Assembly (NCBI GenBank): GCA_038228295.1
Contig: JBBRPH010000001.1
Coordinates: 129,205-193,204 of the forward strand
Reading direction: 5' to 3'
DNA from: Chloroflexia bacterium
GTDB taxonomy: Bacteria > Chloroflexota > Chloroflexia > QHBQ01 > JAICKM01
DNA: 64,000 bases
The notes under the pieces are model-generated. The model made no database searches. It saw only the letters and a program-made list of their open reading frames with translations, and was not told where the DNA came from. Below are positions 38,847 through 48,408 of this stretch, piece after piece. Position 1 is the first letter of the stretch. Each line of letters begins with the position of its first letter. Position numbers and translations under genes: made by a program.

Positions 38847-39215
38847 ATGGCGACACGGACCGAAGAAATGGTTTCGCGGCTGCGAAATCTCCAAGCCAGC
38901 ACCGCCGATATTGAAGCCTCGGCGGTGGTAAGCGTAGACGGCCTGATTATGGCCTCGGCATTGCCGCGCGACGTGGAAGAAGACCGCGTTTCGGCCATGA
39001 GCGCCGCCATGCTGTCGCTAGGCGAACGCATCGCTATCGAACTGGGCCGCGGCACGCTTGATCAGGTATTTATCCGCGGTGAACAGGGCTATGTGCTGCT
39101 GATGTCGGTCGGCACTGAGGCGGTACTGACGGCGCTAGCGCGCAAAGAAGCTAAACTCGGCTTGGTACTGCTTGATATGCGCCGCACCGCCGCCGAACTC
39201 AGCCGCCTTATCTAA
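38847..39215 (+). CDS. Roadblock/LC7 domain protein (MglB-like)
   Basis: 122 aa, alpha-beta-beta-alpha Roadblock pattern; adjacent to small GTPase. Confidence 0.75.
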   Translation: MATRTEEMVSRLRNLQASTADIEASAVVSVDGLIMASALPRDVEEDRVSAMSAAMLSLGERIAIELGRGTLDQVFIRGEQGYVLLMSVGTEAVLTALARKEAKLGLVLLDMRRTAAELSRLI

Positions 39216-39290
39216 GGACGCGAGGGCGAGTTGAAAGTTAAAAGGCTTAAATACTTTTAACTTTTCACTCTGCAACTCAAAGGAACAGTT

Positions 39291-40409
39291 ATGGCGCAGA
39301 AAGTCATTGTGGCAATGAGCGGTGGAGTGGATAGCTCCCTCACGGCGGCATTGTTGCAGGAACAGGGGTACGAGGTCATCGGCGTACATATGCGGCTCCA
39401 TGCCATGCACGCCGATGCACCGGTGCCTGCTGTACGGGGGCGGCTCAATCACGGCTGCTGCAACGTCGAAGATGTGGACGATGCGCGTATGGTGGCCTAC
39501 CAACTCGGCATCCCCTTTTATGTACTAAACTTCGAGCCGGAGTTCAACCGCCATATCATCGGCAACTTTGTGCAGGAATACAGCCGAGGTCGCACACCCT
39601 ACCCATGCCTTAATTGCAATCGTTATGTCAAGTTTGATGCCCTGATGGCGCGAGCCGGCGCATTGGGGGCCAACTACATGGCGACCGGACACTATGCGCG
39701 CATCACCAAAGATGACACAGCGCGGTTCCACCTGCGCCGCGCTTGCGACCGCAGCAAGGATCAGGCGTATGTGCTGTATCACCTGGACCAGACGGCCCTG
39801 AGCCGCCTGCTGCTGCCGCTGGGCGAGTACGACAAGACGACAGTGCGGCGGCTGGCGGCAGAGCGTGGCCTGATTGTGGCGGATAAGCCCGACAGCCAGG
39901 AAATCTGCTTTATCCCCGACAATAACTACCGCAACTTCTTGGAGCAGCAGCAGCCCGGCATGGCTCAGCCGGGGCCGATGATCAACACGCACGGCAAGAT
40001 TATCGGGCAGCACACGGGGCTGCCGCACTATACTGTGGGCCAACGCAAGGGGCTGGGCGCGCTCGGAGCAGAGCCACATTTTGTGTTGCGGATCGATCCG
40101 GCTACCAACACCCTGCTGGTCGGCACCCTGACCGAATTGCACGCCTATAGCCTGACCGCCGACGATGTGCATTTCGTGGACGGGCACACCGCCACGGAAC
40201 CGTTTACGGCCCTGGTCAAGATCCGCTATCGTGCGCCCGAAGCGCCCGCCCTGGTCACACCGCTGGCCGACGGACGTGTACGAGTGGATTTCAGCGTGCC
40301 GCAACGCGCCGTTACGCCCGGTCAGGCGGTGGTCTTCTACCGCGACGATGAGGTACTGGGCGGCGGCACGATTGAGAACCCGGCCATGGCGGAAAGCGCG
40401 GCGGCCTGA
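39291..40409 (+). CDS. mnmA: tRNA-specific 2-thiouridylase
   Basis: PP-loop SGGVDSS, conserved catalytic cysteines, full-length match to MnmA architecture. Confidence 0.9.
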   Translation: MAQKVIVAMSGGVDSSLTAALLQEQGYEVIGVHMRLHAMHADAPVPAVRGRLNHGCCNVEDVDDARMVAYQLGIPFYVLNFEPEFNRHIIGNFVQEYSRGRTPYPCLNCNRYVKFDALMARAGALGANYMATGHYARITKDDTARFHLRRACDRSKDQAYVLYHLDQTALSRLLLPLGEYDKTTVRRLAAERGLIVADKPDSQEICFIPDNNYRNFLEQQQPGMAQPGPMINTHGKIIGQHTGLPHYTVGQRKGLGALGAEPHFVLRIDPATNTLLVGTLTELHAYSLTADDVHFVDGHTATEPFTALVKIRYRAPEAPALVTPLADGRVRVDFSVPQRAVTPGQAVVFYRDDEVLGGGTIENPAMAESAAA

Positions 40410-40411
40410 TC

Positions 40412-40660
40412 ATGGCACCCGGCGTGCTGGTGTTTCTGGGACTGGGCACGGCTCTTGCACTAGCGATGCACCTGTGGCGGGGGCGTAACATCCAGCAGCT
40501 TATTCTGTTTTGGTTAGTAAGCATCCTGGGCTTTGGTCTCGGTTTCGGGATCGCCGGCTTGTTAGGCATCGGAGTCCTGTCGCTAGGGGGGGTTCCCGTG
40601 GTGGAAGCCAGCACCGGAGCGCTACTTTTGCTGGCCTTCGCCGCCCGTGTAGTTGCCTGA
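40412..40660 (+). CDS. Small membrane protein (82 aa)
   Basis: three hydrophobic helices; start immediately after mnmA stop. Confidence 0.4.
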   Translation: MAPGVLVFLGLGTALALAMHLWRGRNIQQLILFWLVSILGFGLGFGIAGLLGIGVLSLGGVPVVEASTGALLLLAFAARVVA

Positions 40661-40752
40661 ACCGGATGTGTCCGGGAGCCGGATGCCGCACTGGTTCACC
40701 TTTGGGGTGCACCTTGTCCATCCTGTCACCCTGTATTGAGGAGTGAAGCACT

Positions 40753-41145
40753 TTGAAGATTGTCTTTTTTGTCCTGGCCGCTGTGTTAGTTGGTCTTGCG
40801 GCGTTGGCCCCGATTCTCATTGCTATTTTCGGCCCCAACGAATGGATTCCGCGAATGCAGGCGATGGCGGTAGCCTACGCTTCGGCCTTTGCTTGTGTCG
40901 GCGCGATTCTATTTATCGTCGTTACGGGACTGCTGGCGCTGATCGCCTTCCAGTTAAAGAACAACGTGGTGCCGTTACTGGAAAAAGCGACCGATACGAT
41001 GCAGACGGTCAAAGGCACCACGCAGTTCGTCAGCGAGAGCGTAGTCCAGCCGATCATCAAGACCGCCGGCGCGGTGGCTGGGGCGCGGGCGATGGTGCAG
41101 ACGTTGGTACGCCGCAATAACGGCTCCAACGGTAGCGCGCCATGA
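40753..41145 (+). CDS. DUF948-like membrane protein (YtxG-like)
   Basis: N-terminal TM pair then helical region; TTG start; followed by overlapping YtxH-like gene. Confidence 0.45.
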   Translation: MKIVFFVLAAVLVGLAALAPILIAIFGPNEWIPRMQAMAVAYASAFACVGAILFIVVTGLLALIAFQLKNNVVPLLEKATDTMQTVKGTTQFVSESVVQPIIKTAGAVAGARAMVQTLVRRNNGSNGSAP

Positions 41146-41378
41146 GCGACGAGAGCGATGCCAGTTTGCTCAACGGGCTGATTTTGGGCCTAGTGATCGG
41201 GGCGGGCTTGGTGATCCTGCTGTCGCCCGAGGTTCGTAGCCGCATCCAGAGCTTCGCCGAAGAGCAGGGACTCGGCCCTTCCGCTGCGGCCCTGGCGACC
41301 GCCGACGCGCAACGCGACGAAGTGTTGCAGCGCGTCGCTCCGCCGCCCGACCCGCTCGGTAGCACAAACGAAGCGTAA
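41142..41378 (+). CDS. YtxH-like small protein
   Basis: N-terminal glycine-zipper helix LILGLVIGAGLVILLSPE followed by charged helix; ATGA overlap. Confidence 0.45.
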   Translation: MSDESDASLLNGLILGLVIGAGLVILLSPEVRSRIQSFAEEQGLGPSAAALATADAQRDEVLQRVAPPPDPLGSTNEA

Positions 41379-41393
41379 GAACAAAGGCAGTGG

Positions 41394-41999
41394 CTAGAGC
41401 CAGCCTTTGGTTTGGGCGATATGGGCGGCTTCGGCGCGATTGTGCGCTCCTAGCTTTTGCATTGCCACCGAAAGATAATTGCGGACCGTTCCTTCGGAGA
41501 GGAAAAGTGCTGCAGCCACCTCCGCATTGCTCGCGCCGCCTGCTGCCGCCGCCAAAACAGCCCGCTCCCGTTCGGTGAGCGGGCTGTTCCCTTCCTGGAG
41601 CGCGGCCAGGGCCAGCGTGGGATCGATAGCCCGCTCGCCGGCAACCGCCCGGCGGATCGCTGTTGCTAATTGCGCAGCCGGCGCATCTTTGAGCAGAAAG
41701 CCGACTACCCCGCTTTCCATGGCCCGCCGCAAGTAGCCGGGTCGCCCGAATGTGGTCAGGATGAGGACGCGACAAGCGGGCAGGTGGGCGTGGAGCGCAG
41801 CGGCCGCCGTGATGCCGTCGCAGCCCGGCATTTCAATGTCCAACAAGGCGACATCCGGCCGGCCGGCTAGCGCCGCCTGCAACACGTCATCGCCCCGGCC
41901 CACCTCAGCAATGATCTGAATGTCGCCTTCTAGCGTGAGCAGGGCCGCCAACGCGCCGCGTACCATGGCCTGATCCTCCGCCAGCAGAACCCGAATCAT
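41394..41999 (-). CDS. NarL/LuxR-family response regulator
   Basis: receiver domain + C-terminal LuxR HTH (GASNAEVAAALFLSEGTVRNYLSVAMQKLG). Confidence 0.9.
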   Translation of the reverse strand: MIRVLLAEDQAMVRGALAALLTLEGDIQIIAEVGRGDDVLQAALAGRPDVALLDIEMPGCDGITAAAALHAHLPACRVLILTTFGRPGYLRRAMESGVVGFLLKDAPAAQLATAIRRAVAGERAIDPTLALAALQEGNSPLTERERAVLAAAAGGASNAEVAAALFLSEGTVRNYLSVAMQKLGAHNRAEAAHIAQTKGWL

Positions 42000-43180
42000 G
42001 GCCTATCCTCTTGCCCAACGGGGATAGAGACAGCAAGACGAAAACCGCCGTCTGCACAGGGGGTCGCCGTAAACCGGCCCTCCAGTGCCGTTACCCGTTC
42101 GGCCAGACCACGCAAACCGTTACCGGTGGGCACGTCCTTAGCCGCAGCAGTTGCTGTGCCGTCGTCGCTGATTTCCACTGCGGCGATCTGCGGGTTGCGC
42201 GTGCCACGAATCACGCAGTGCCGTGCATGACTATGGCGAATCACATTCGTCACCCCTTCGCGTACTGTCCACGAGAGGACAGCTTCCACTGAGGGCGGCA
42301 GGGTGCTCATCAGTGCCGCGTCGCCCTCGTACTGGTAGCGAACCCCGGCGGCGGCTAAGATTTCCTGGGCCGCCTGTAGCTCGCCGGCGAAGGTCGGCCG
42401 GCGATAACTACTCACGGCGGCACGCACCTCTTGCAAAGTGGTGCGCGCCACCTGCTCAATATCGGTGATTTCGGCGCGTGCCCGCTCCGGCGCGGCGCTC
42501 ACCAGACGACCGGCCAATTCGCTTTTGAGCGCGATCAATGCGAGGTTGTGCCCTAAGAGGTCGTGTAAATCGCGTGCGATGCGTAGCCGTTCAGCCGTCA
42601 CCGCTAAACGGGCAATCTCATCCCGTGCCACCCACAATTCCCGATCAGCTATGATGCTATGTACCAGGCTGGCGACGACGTTGCCGACAACAACGACAAA
42701 GCCCAGCGTCTGCCCGATCTCCAACCACGGCCGTTGGGTGAGTAGCCCGATCACGACCAGGAGCAGCACCAGCGCCCCAAGCACCGGCAGGGCGCGGGTG
42801 GGAGGCAAACGACTAGCGATATAGGAACTCGTAAAGATGAATGGGGACAGCCACCCCGGCGTATTGCCCAGCGCCAGCGCGCAGCTCAACCCAACGAGCA
42901 CGGCTATCGGTAGCCAGATCGAGCGCGCCGAGGCGGGTGGGCGGGCGCTGATCGCCACAAAACGCTGCACGTTGCGCCATGTTGCCCACAGATAAATCGC
43001 GGTGAAGAGGACGACCCCACTCAAGCTCACCACGAGACGCGGTAAGGGCGGCTGTGCCTGAATCAGCACGACGCTATCCGGGACGAGAAAAGGTAGCCAG
43101 ATGATCCAGATCAGCCACAGGAAAAAGGGCGAGCTGCGTTTGGCTTGCCAGGATTCGCCTACATCAGGGGAGCTATTCAT
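41996..43180 (-). CDS. Membrane sensor histidine kinase, HisKA_3 (DesK-like)
   Basis: 5 TM helices; ERLRIARDLHDLLGH H-box; HATPase_c; 4-bp overlap with regulator. Confidence 0.85.
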   Translation of the reverse strand: MNSSPDVGESWQAKRSSPFFLWLIWIIWLPFLVPDSVVLIQAQPPLPRLVVSLSGVVLFTAIYLWATWRNVQRFVAISARPPASARSIWLPIAVLVGLSCALALGNTPGWLSPFIFTSSYIASRLPPTRALPVLGALVLLLVVIGLLTQRPWLEIGQTLGFVVVVGNVVASLVHSIIADRELWVARDEIARLAVTAERLRIARDLHDLLGHNLALIALKSELAGRLVSAAPERARAEITDIEQVARTTLQEVRAAVSSYRRPTFAGELQAAQEILAAAGVRYQYEGDAALMSTLPPSVEAVLSWTVREGVTNVIRHSHARHCVIRGTRNPQIAAVEISDDGTATAAAKDVPTGNGLRGLAERVTALEGRFTATPCADGGFRLAVSIPVGQEDRP

Positions 43181-43300
43181 CAGTGATTTCCATTCCGTAG
43201 GTACGCTTTGTGTGCTACCCCATTTTACTACGCCCCCGCCCGCTGCGCCAGGGCGGGTAGAGACCCGACGCGGTGGGCCGCGTCGGGTCTCTACCCGTTC

Positions 43301-45235
43301 TTATTCCGAGATATTGCCGGAAAGAGTACCCATCGTGTAGGGGGTCGCGATGTCCGCGTAGTTCACCATCATATCCAGGCCCATGGCGGCATGGAGCAGC
43401 ACATGGCAGTGCAGCATCCACAAGCCGGGATTGTCCGCCGGGAAGGCAACCTCCCAGGTTTCGTGCGGCCCCACCAGCACCGCGTCCACATGGACGGGGC
43501 TACCGGTGAGGGGCCGAGCGTTTTTGCTAAGGATCGCGAAGATGTGGCCGTGCAGGTGCATTGGGTGGTATTCGTTGGTCTCATTGATAAAGCGCAGCCG
43601 CACCACTTGGCCGATATGGACGATGACGGGAGCCGTATCGGGCGCGGCCTGACCGTTCAGGCGATGGATCAGTTGGATCGTGCCGTCGCGGAAGCCCGCC
43701 GCACTTTGGATGTGCAAGTCGGCACTGACATCGAAGCCGGCGTGCGTAGCGATGGGATCGGGGGCCGGCGTGCCGTAGCTGGTCAGATCAAACGTCGGTA
43801 GAGTGCTCAGGTTAGGTTGAGCCGGGCCGACTCCCTCACCCAGGCTCACCGCGATGGGGCGCAGGGTCGGCTGGGCCACAGCGGGCTGCGCGTCAAGCAA
43901 GCGGACCTGGCCGCCGGCCGGCATACGGAAGGCGAGATCATAGCGCTGCCCCGCCCCCACCGGCAACAGCAGCGGGCCCAAGACTTGGGGCTCATGCAGG
44001 TCATGCCCATCAAGCGCAATCACTGTGTAGGGCGCACCGGTCAGTGTTAGCAACTCCGGGGAGCCGGCCATATCACCCGGCACCGCATTGATCACCCGCA
44101 AGCGCACCAGCTCACCGGGTTGCGCGGCTAGACGCACGTCGTTAGGTGAGCCGTTGACGGTAAAGCGACCGTTGAAGCCGGCGGCGAGGTTGCCGAGGGC
44201 CACCACATAGTCGCGGTCGTAGTGGGGGCCGTCCGGCGGGTCCACGATCAGTGCGCCGTACAGGCCGCGCGGCACCTGCTGCATGGTATCTTGATGGCTA
44301 TGGTACCAGTACGTCCCCGCGTCCTTGACCACAAACTCGTAGGTGAAAGTGCCACCCGGCGGCACGGCATCCTGCGTCACTCCCACCACGCCGTCTTCGG
44401 CGTTCGGCAGGCGGACTCCGTGCCAGTGGATGCTCGTCGCCGCCGGCAGGTGATTGATCAGGGTCACGCGCAGCCGGTCGCCCACGCGCACCCGCAGCTC
44501 CGGTCCCGGCACGGTGCCGTTGTAGGCCCACACTTCCTGGCCGGCGGCGTGCCCCACCGCAGCGGTCAGCGTGAAGCTCTTGACCGGCTGCACCCCCGGT
44601 GCTTCCTTGAGGCTGTTCACTGAAATCGCCGGCCGGCCGGGCACCGCCGACCCCATATTCAGGGCATCGGGCATCGGGTTGAGCGCCGCACCCACGCCGA
44701 CGGTCGTCACAATCCCGATCAGCAGCGTCGTGAGCAACAAGCCGCCTGCACCGAGACCGGCCCGCACTACCCGCCAGATCGGACGGGCGGATCGGTGCAA
44801 CGGGCGCGGCGGACGGGTCAGCAGGCCAAAGAGCAGGACCGCCACCGCTTCCAGCACCGCCGTCATCAGATCAGGGGCACCGAGCATTTCGGGCCGGCCC
44901 GGCAGGGGACTAATGGGCAGGCCGGTGGTGCGCGACACTACCCAGAGGGTCAACACCGCCAGGGTTCCGGCCGCCGCCCCAGCGAACAGCAGCCGGTTCG
45001 GCAACAGCAGCGTCGCTAGCGCCACGGCGATCTGGGCCACGCCCAGCAGGAGGAAGAAAATGCCGAACGGCCAATACTCGTGTAGATGTTCCGGCACCAC
45101 CGCGAAATGAATAGCCGCCGCGCCCGCCGTTAATAGGGCGGCGGGATAGAGCCGCCCGCCTCGATAAACGGCAATGTGTGCGCTGCTCTTAGTTACTGTG
45201 CCGATTGCGTGTACTGCTTGTGCGTGAGTACTCAT
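43301..45235 (-). CDS. Multicopper oxidase with N-terminal polytopic membrane domain
   Basis: MCO copper-site motifs HWHG, HCHVLLHAAMGLDMM, HPMHLHGH; about 170-aa N-terminal region with 4-5 TM helices. Confidence 0.85.
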   Translation of the reverse strand: MSTHAQAVHAIGTVTKSSAHIAVYRGGRLYPAALLTAGAAAIHFAVVPEHLHEYWPFGIFFLLLGVAQIAVALATLLLPNRLLFAGAAAGTLAVLTLWVVSRTTGLPISPLPGRPEMLGAPDLMTAVLEAVAVLLFGLLTRPPRPLHRSARPIWRVVRAGLGAGGLLLTTLLIGIVTTVGVGAALNPMPDALNMGSAVPGRPAISVNSLKEAPGVQPVKSFTLTAAVGHAAGQEVWAYNGTVPGPELRVRVGDRLRVTLINHLPAATSIHWHGVRLPNAEDGVVGVTQDAVPPGGTFTYEFVVKDAGTYWYHSHQDTMQQVPRGLYGALIVDPPDGPHYDRDYVVALGNLAAGFNGRFTVNGSPNDVRLAAQPGELVRLRVINAVPGDMAGSPELLTLTGAPYTVIALDGHDLHEPQVLGPLLLPVGAGQRYDLAFRMPAGGQVRLLDAQPAVAQPTLRPIAVSLGEGVGPAQPNLSTLPTFDLTSYGTPAPDPIATHAGFDVSADLHIQSAAGFRDGTIQLIHRLNGQAAPDTAPVIVHIGQVVRLRFINETNEYHPMHLHGHIFAILSKNARPLTGSPVHVDAVLVGPHETWEVAFPADNPGLWMLHCHVLLHAAMGLDMMVNYADIATPYTMGTLSGNISE

Positions 45236-45341
45236 GGTGTACCTCCTATTGTTTCCTGCCCCACTATTCGAACCCGTTGCCGATAGTTCAAGTATAGGGG
45301 TCTAGGAGATCACCGCGTAGTGCAGGCGATCATAGGAAAGG

Positions 45342-45357
45342 TATGACATCTGTCATA
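45342..45357. promoter_or_regulatory. Operator-like palindrome TATGACA-TC-TGTCATA upstream of multicopper oxidase gene
   Basis: perfect 7-2-7 inverted repeat about 110 bp upstream of MCO start. Confidence 0.45.
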
Positions 45358-45528
45358 AACCGGCGTTCATCGGCAGCGCAGCAGGGAGGGCGTGGCGGGC
45401 GGACGGAAGAAGGCCGGCACGACTCCGGTTGCAGGCGGAGACGGAGCCTTTGTCGGCGCTTATTTTAATTCCGCGCCAACAACGGCTCCATCTCCGCTAA
45501 TGAACTGTGTGTCTACACGCGCAGGCGT

Positions 45529-46311
45529 TTAGACGACCGAGCCGCCGTTACCTTCTTCGGGCGGGACTTCCGCTGAAGTTTTGTGGGGAATGATGCCGTC
45601 GAACAGGCCGTGGTGCTGGGCGGGTTGCTGCGCGGTGGCCGGGGGCGGGGTGTGAGGTGTAGGGTGGTTGTGACCGGTCACGTTGTCGAGCGCGTGTTCA
45701 ATCCTACTGCCGATGTCGCTACCGATCTGACCGCCGAGACCGAGGCCGCCGCCCGCTACACCGCCGATGACCTGCCCAATCACGTTACCCAAGTCAGGAC
45801 CGTGGTGCGTGGCGGCCGGCGGCGTGCTGCCGCCGCTCTGGTGGGCGCGGTTGAAGGCACTGTTGATGTCGTTGTTCACAGCGCCGGCAGAAGGCGACGG
45901 TGCGGCAGGGGCATTGCCGAAGCTGCCGCTACCACTGCCGGCCGGATTTTCGGCCTGGAAGCCGCTGTCAGGGGCCTGGGCGCTGCCGTGATCAAACGTG
46001 GGGGAAGATCCACCGATGTCGCGCGACCCACCCGCCGCAGCGGTATGGTGCTGGTGCCCGGCGGCCCAATTGGTGTTGTTGTCACCGAACGGACCAGTGG
46101 AACCACTGTAATTATCCTGCGCGGAGGTGAAGGGGTTATCACTGTTTTCGACGCGGTTGATCTCGGCCGTGTAGGCGTCGCGGGCCGCCGGGTCATCCGT
46201 CTGCGTTCGCAGCATACGCAAATAGGACAATGCCCCTTGCTTGTCGCCCTGGTCGAGCCGCTGCTGAAATTCTGCGCGCACACTATCATCCATTTCGACT
46301 TCCTCCATCAT
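45529..46311 (-). CDS. His/Gly/Ser-rich low-complexity (intrinsically disordered) protein
   Basis: ORF with strong compositional bias; probable true start at Met7 (46293) after GGAGGAAG RBS. Confidence 0.5.
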   Translation of the reverse strand: MMEEVEMDDSVRAEFQQRLDQGDKQGALSYLRMLRTQTDDPAARDAYTAEINRVENSDNPFTSAQDNYSGSTGPFGDNNTNWAAGHQHHTAAAGGSRDIGGSSPTFDHGSAQAPDSGFQAENPAGSGSGSFGNAPAAPSPSAGAVNNDINSAFNRAHQSGGSTPPAATHHGPDLGNVIGQVIGGVAGGGLGLGGQIGSDIGSRIEHALDNVTGHNHPTPHTPPPATAQQPAQHHGLFDGIIPHKTSAEVPPEEGNGGSVV

Positions 46312-46318
46312 ATGCTAT

Positions 46319-46353
46319 GTGAAAAGTGAAAAGTGAAAAGGGGAAAGTTAAAA
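46319..46353. repeat. Heptamer tandem repeat (gtgaaaa x3 plus two degenerate copies) abutting start of His-rich protein gene
   Basis: direct reading of sequence. Confidence 0.8.
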
Positions 46354-46504
46354 GTGGGTAGGACACTGTTTAGCTTTCCGGCTTTTACCAAGATCAGGCA
46401 CCGGCGGTAGGAGCCGTCTACACTTGCAGCAAGAAAAGGGCCGACCCAGCACAGAGCAGTTTCCGTTATCGGGAACACGGTTCCCTCCGCCGGACCGATG
46501 CAGC

Positions 46505-48283
46505 TCACCCCGGCAACGGCAAGACGACGTGAAAGCAGGAACCGCCGTCAGCCTGATTTTCAGCCCAAATACGCCCACTATGCAAGCGCACGATCTCGCG
46601 GCTGATGTAGAGGCCAAGCCCCCGCCCACCCTTCAGGTGCGCCCCCTGCCCGCGATAGGCACGCTCAAAAATGCGCGGCAGATCGTCGGGTGCGATACCT
46701 ACCCCCTGATCACAAACTGTGATATGGGCCTGCCCATCGTCCTGGGTCAGGCTGATTGTAATGGATCCGCCCGCCGGCGAATAGCGGATCGCATTCGACA
46801 GCAAGTTTTGCAGCACCTCATCCAAACGGTCGGCATCACCCAAGATTAGGCAACTACATTGCGCGCTAAAGGTGAGGGTATGGGCGGTGGTTGTGGTCTG
46901 GGCGGAATCCGCTTCGTTTTGCAGCAGGCGTACCAAGTCCAATTCCTGGCGGGTAATACTAAAGGTGCCCGCAGCTAGGCGCGTCATATCGAGAATATCA
47001 TCCATCAAGCGGCGTAGCTGTTCGCTCTTTTCGTCAATCATGCTTAACGCACGAGTGACATACGCAGTGTCGCCCGTACCTAGGCGGCGGATGGCGAGTT
47101 GGCTGTAGCCTTTCATGGCCGCCAGCGGGTTTTTCAAGTCATGTGCCAGCAGTTCAATAAAGTCGTCGCGTTCCAGACGCGCCAGCCGCTCGGCTTCCAG
47201 GCGGTTGAGATCTTCGCTTAATTCGTTGTGGTGCAAGGCCAAGCTGAGACGGCGGGCGATCAGATCCTGCACCGCCAGATCATCTTCGCTAAATATGTTG
47301 ATCTGCGTGGCGGCAGAACTCAACACACCGCGCGGCTCCCCGGCCACGGTGATCTGACTGTACATCATGGAACGTAGGCCCAGATCGTTGGCGAGCGGGG
47401 GGTAGACACGCGCATCGGAGGAGGCATCGCGCACCAAAGCTGATTCGCCGCTGCGGAACACCTGAACCATCAGTGCCTCAGTCGCGCAAGGGATAATGTC
47501 AAGGCCCAGCTCTTTTTGCCGGGCGCCCAGTGGAGTCTGGCTGACTCCGAAAGAGATCAGCGCATCCCGCTCCGGGTCAAAGAGCATCACATCCACTTTT
47601 TCGACCTGTAGCACTTCGGCCACCCGGTCGGCCACGGCGGTGAGGATGTTATGCAGATCGCTGCTGTAATCTAGCCCAGACACATAGCGCAGCAGATCGA
47701 TCAGGCGAGTCCGCCGGGCTTCACGCCCGATACTGCGATTGGTTTCGATGGCGAGCGTCGCCATGTCGGCCAACACCAGCAACAGCAACCGGTCGGCGCT
47801 GAAATCGATCGGTGTAGCACAGCCTGCCGCCAGCACGCCCACCATCCGTCCGCCCACTTCCAACGGTAGCAAGATCAAAGCAGCGAGGCCGGAACTGTGC
47901 TGCGGCAAGGGAACAAAGCGTCCGTCGCCCGACAGATCACGCAACAGCAGCGGGCAGCGATGCGCGACTACCCAGCCTTCGGCACTACCCACCAGGGGCA
48001 CCCGAACCTCTGCCGGCGTGTCAGTTGCTAGCCCATAAACCGCTGCACCCACCAGGGACTCGCCCTCGCGCAGCAGCACATAGGCTTCGGCAAGCTCCAG
48101 CACATTACAGGTGCGTTCGACCACCAAGTTCAGGACATAGGGCAACGGGCGTCCCGCCTCAATCGCGTCGGTGATGGTTTCGAGTTCGAAAGCGGCGACG
48201 AGAGCAGCGGAATCACCTCCGCCCGCAAGGTCAAGCGGCAAACCGGCGTCGAGATGGGTAGACATAACGAATCCTTTGGGCAA
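46505..48283 (-). CDS. Cytoplasmic sensor histidine kinase, GAF-GAF + HisKA + HATPase_c
   Basis: H-box LAHDLKNPL; N/G boxes; two GAF regions. Confidence 0.85.
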   Translation of the reverse strand: MPKGFVMSTHLDAGLPLDLAGGGDSAALVAAFELETITDAIEAGRPLPYVLNLVVERTCNVLELAEAYVLLREGESLVGAAVYGLATDTPAEVRVPLVGSAEGWVVAHRCPLLLRDLSGDGRFVPLPQHSSGLAALILLPLEVGGRMVGVLAAGCATPIDFSADRLLLLVLADMATLAIETNRSIGREARRTRLIDLLRYVSGLDYSSDLHNILTAVADRVAEVLQVEKVDVMLFDPERDALISFGVSQTPLGARQKELGLDIIPCATEALMVQVFRSGESALVRDASSDARVYPPLANDLGLRSMMYSQITVAGEPRGVLSSAATQINIFSEDDLAVQDLIARRLSLALHHNELSEDLNRLEAERLARLERDDFIELLAHDLKNPLAAMKGYSQLAIRRLGTGDTAYVTRALSMIDEKSEQLRRLMDDILDMTRLAAGTFSITRQELDLVRLLQNEADSAQTTTTAHTLTFSAQCSCLILGDADRLDEVLQNLLSNAIRYSPAGGSITISLTQDDGQAHITVCDQGVGIAPDDLPRIFERAYRGQGAHLKGGRGLGLYISREIVRLHSGRIWAENQADGGSCFHVVLPLPG

Positions 48284-48408
48284 CGGTGTTCAAAGAGGAG
48301 GCTTCTCTCAGCAGGGGGGAAGCTGGGTTGTAGATTTACCTACATAAGTGTACCAATCGGGCCGCTCTCTGTCAAATCACAAAAACGTCCCATTTCCGGC
48401 GCCGGCGC

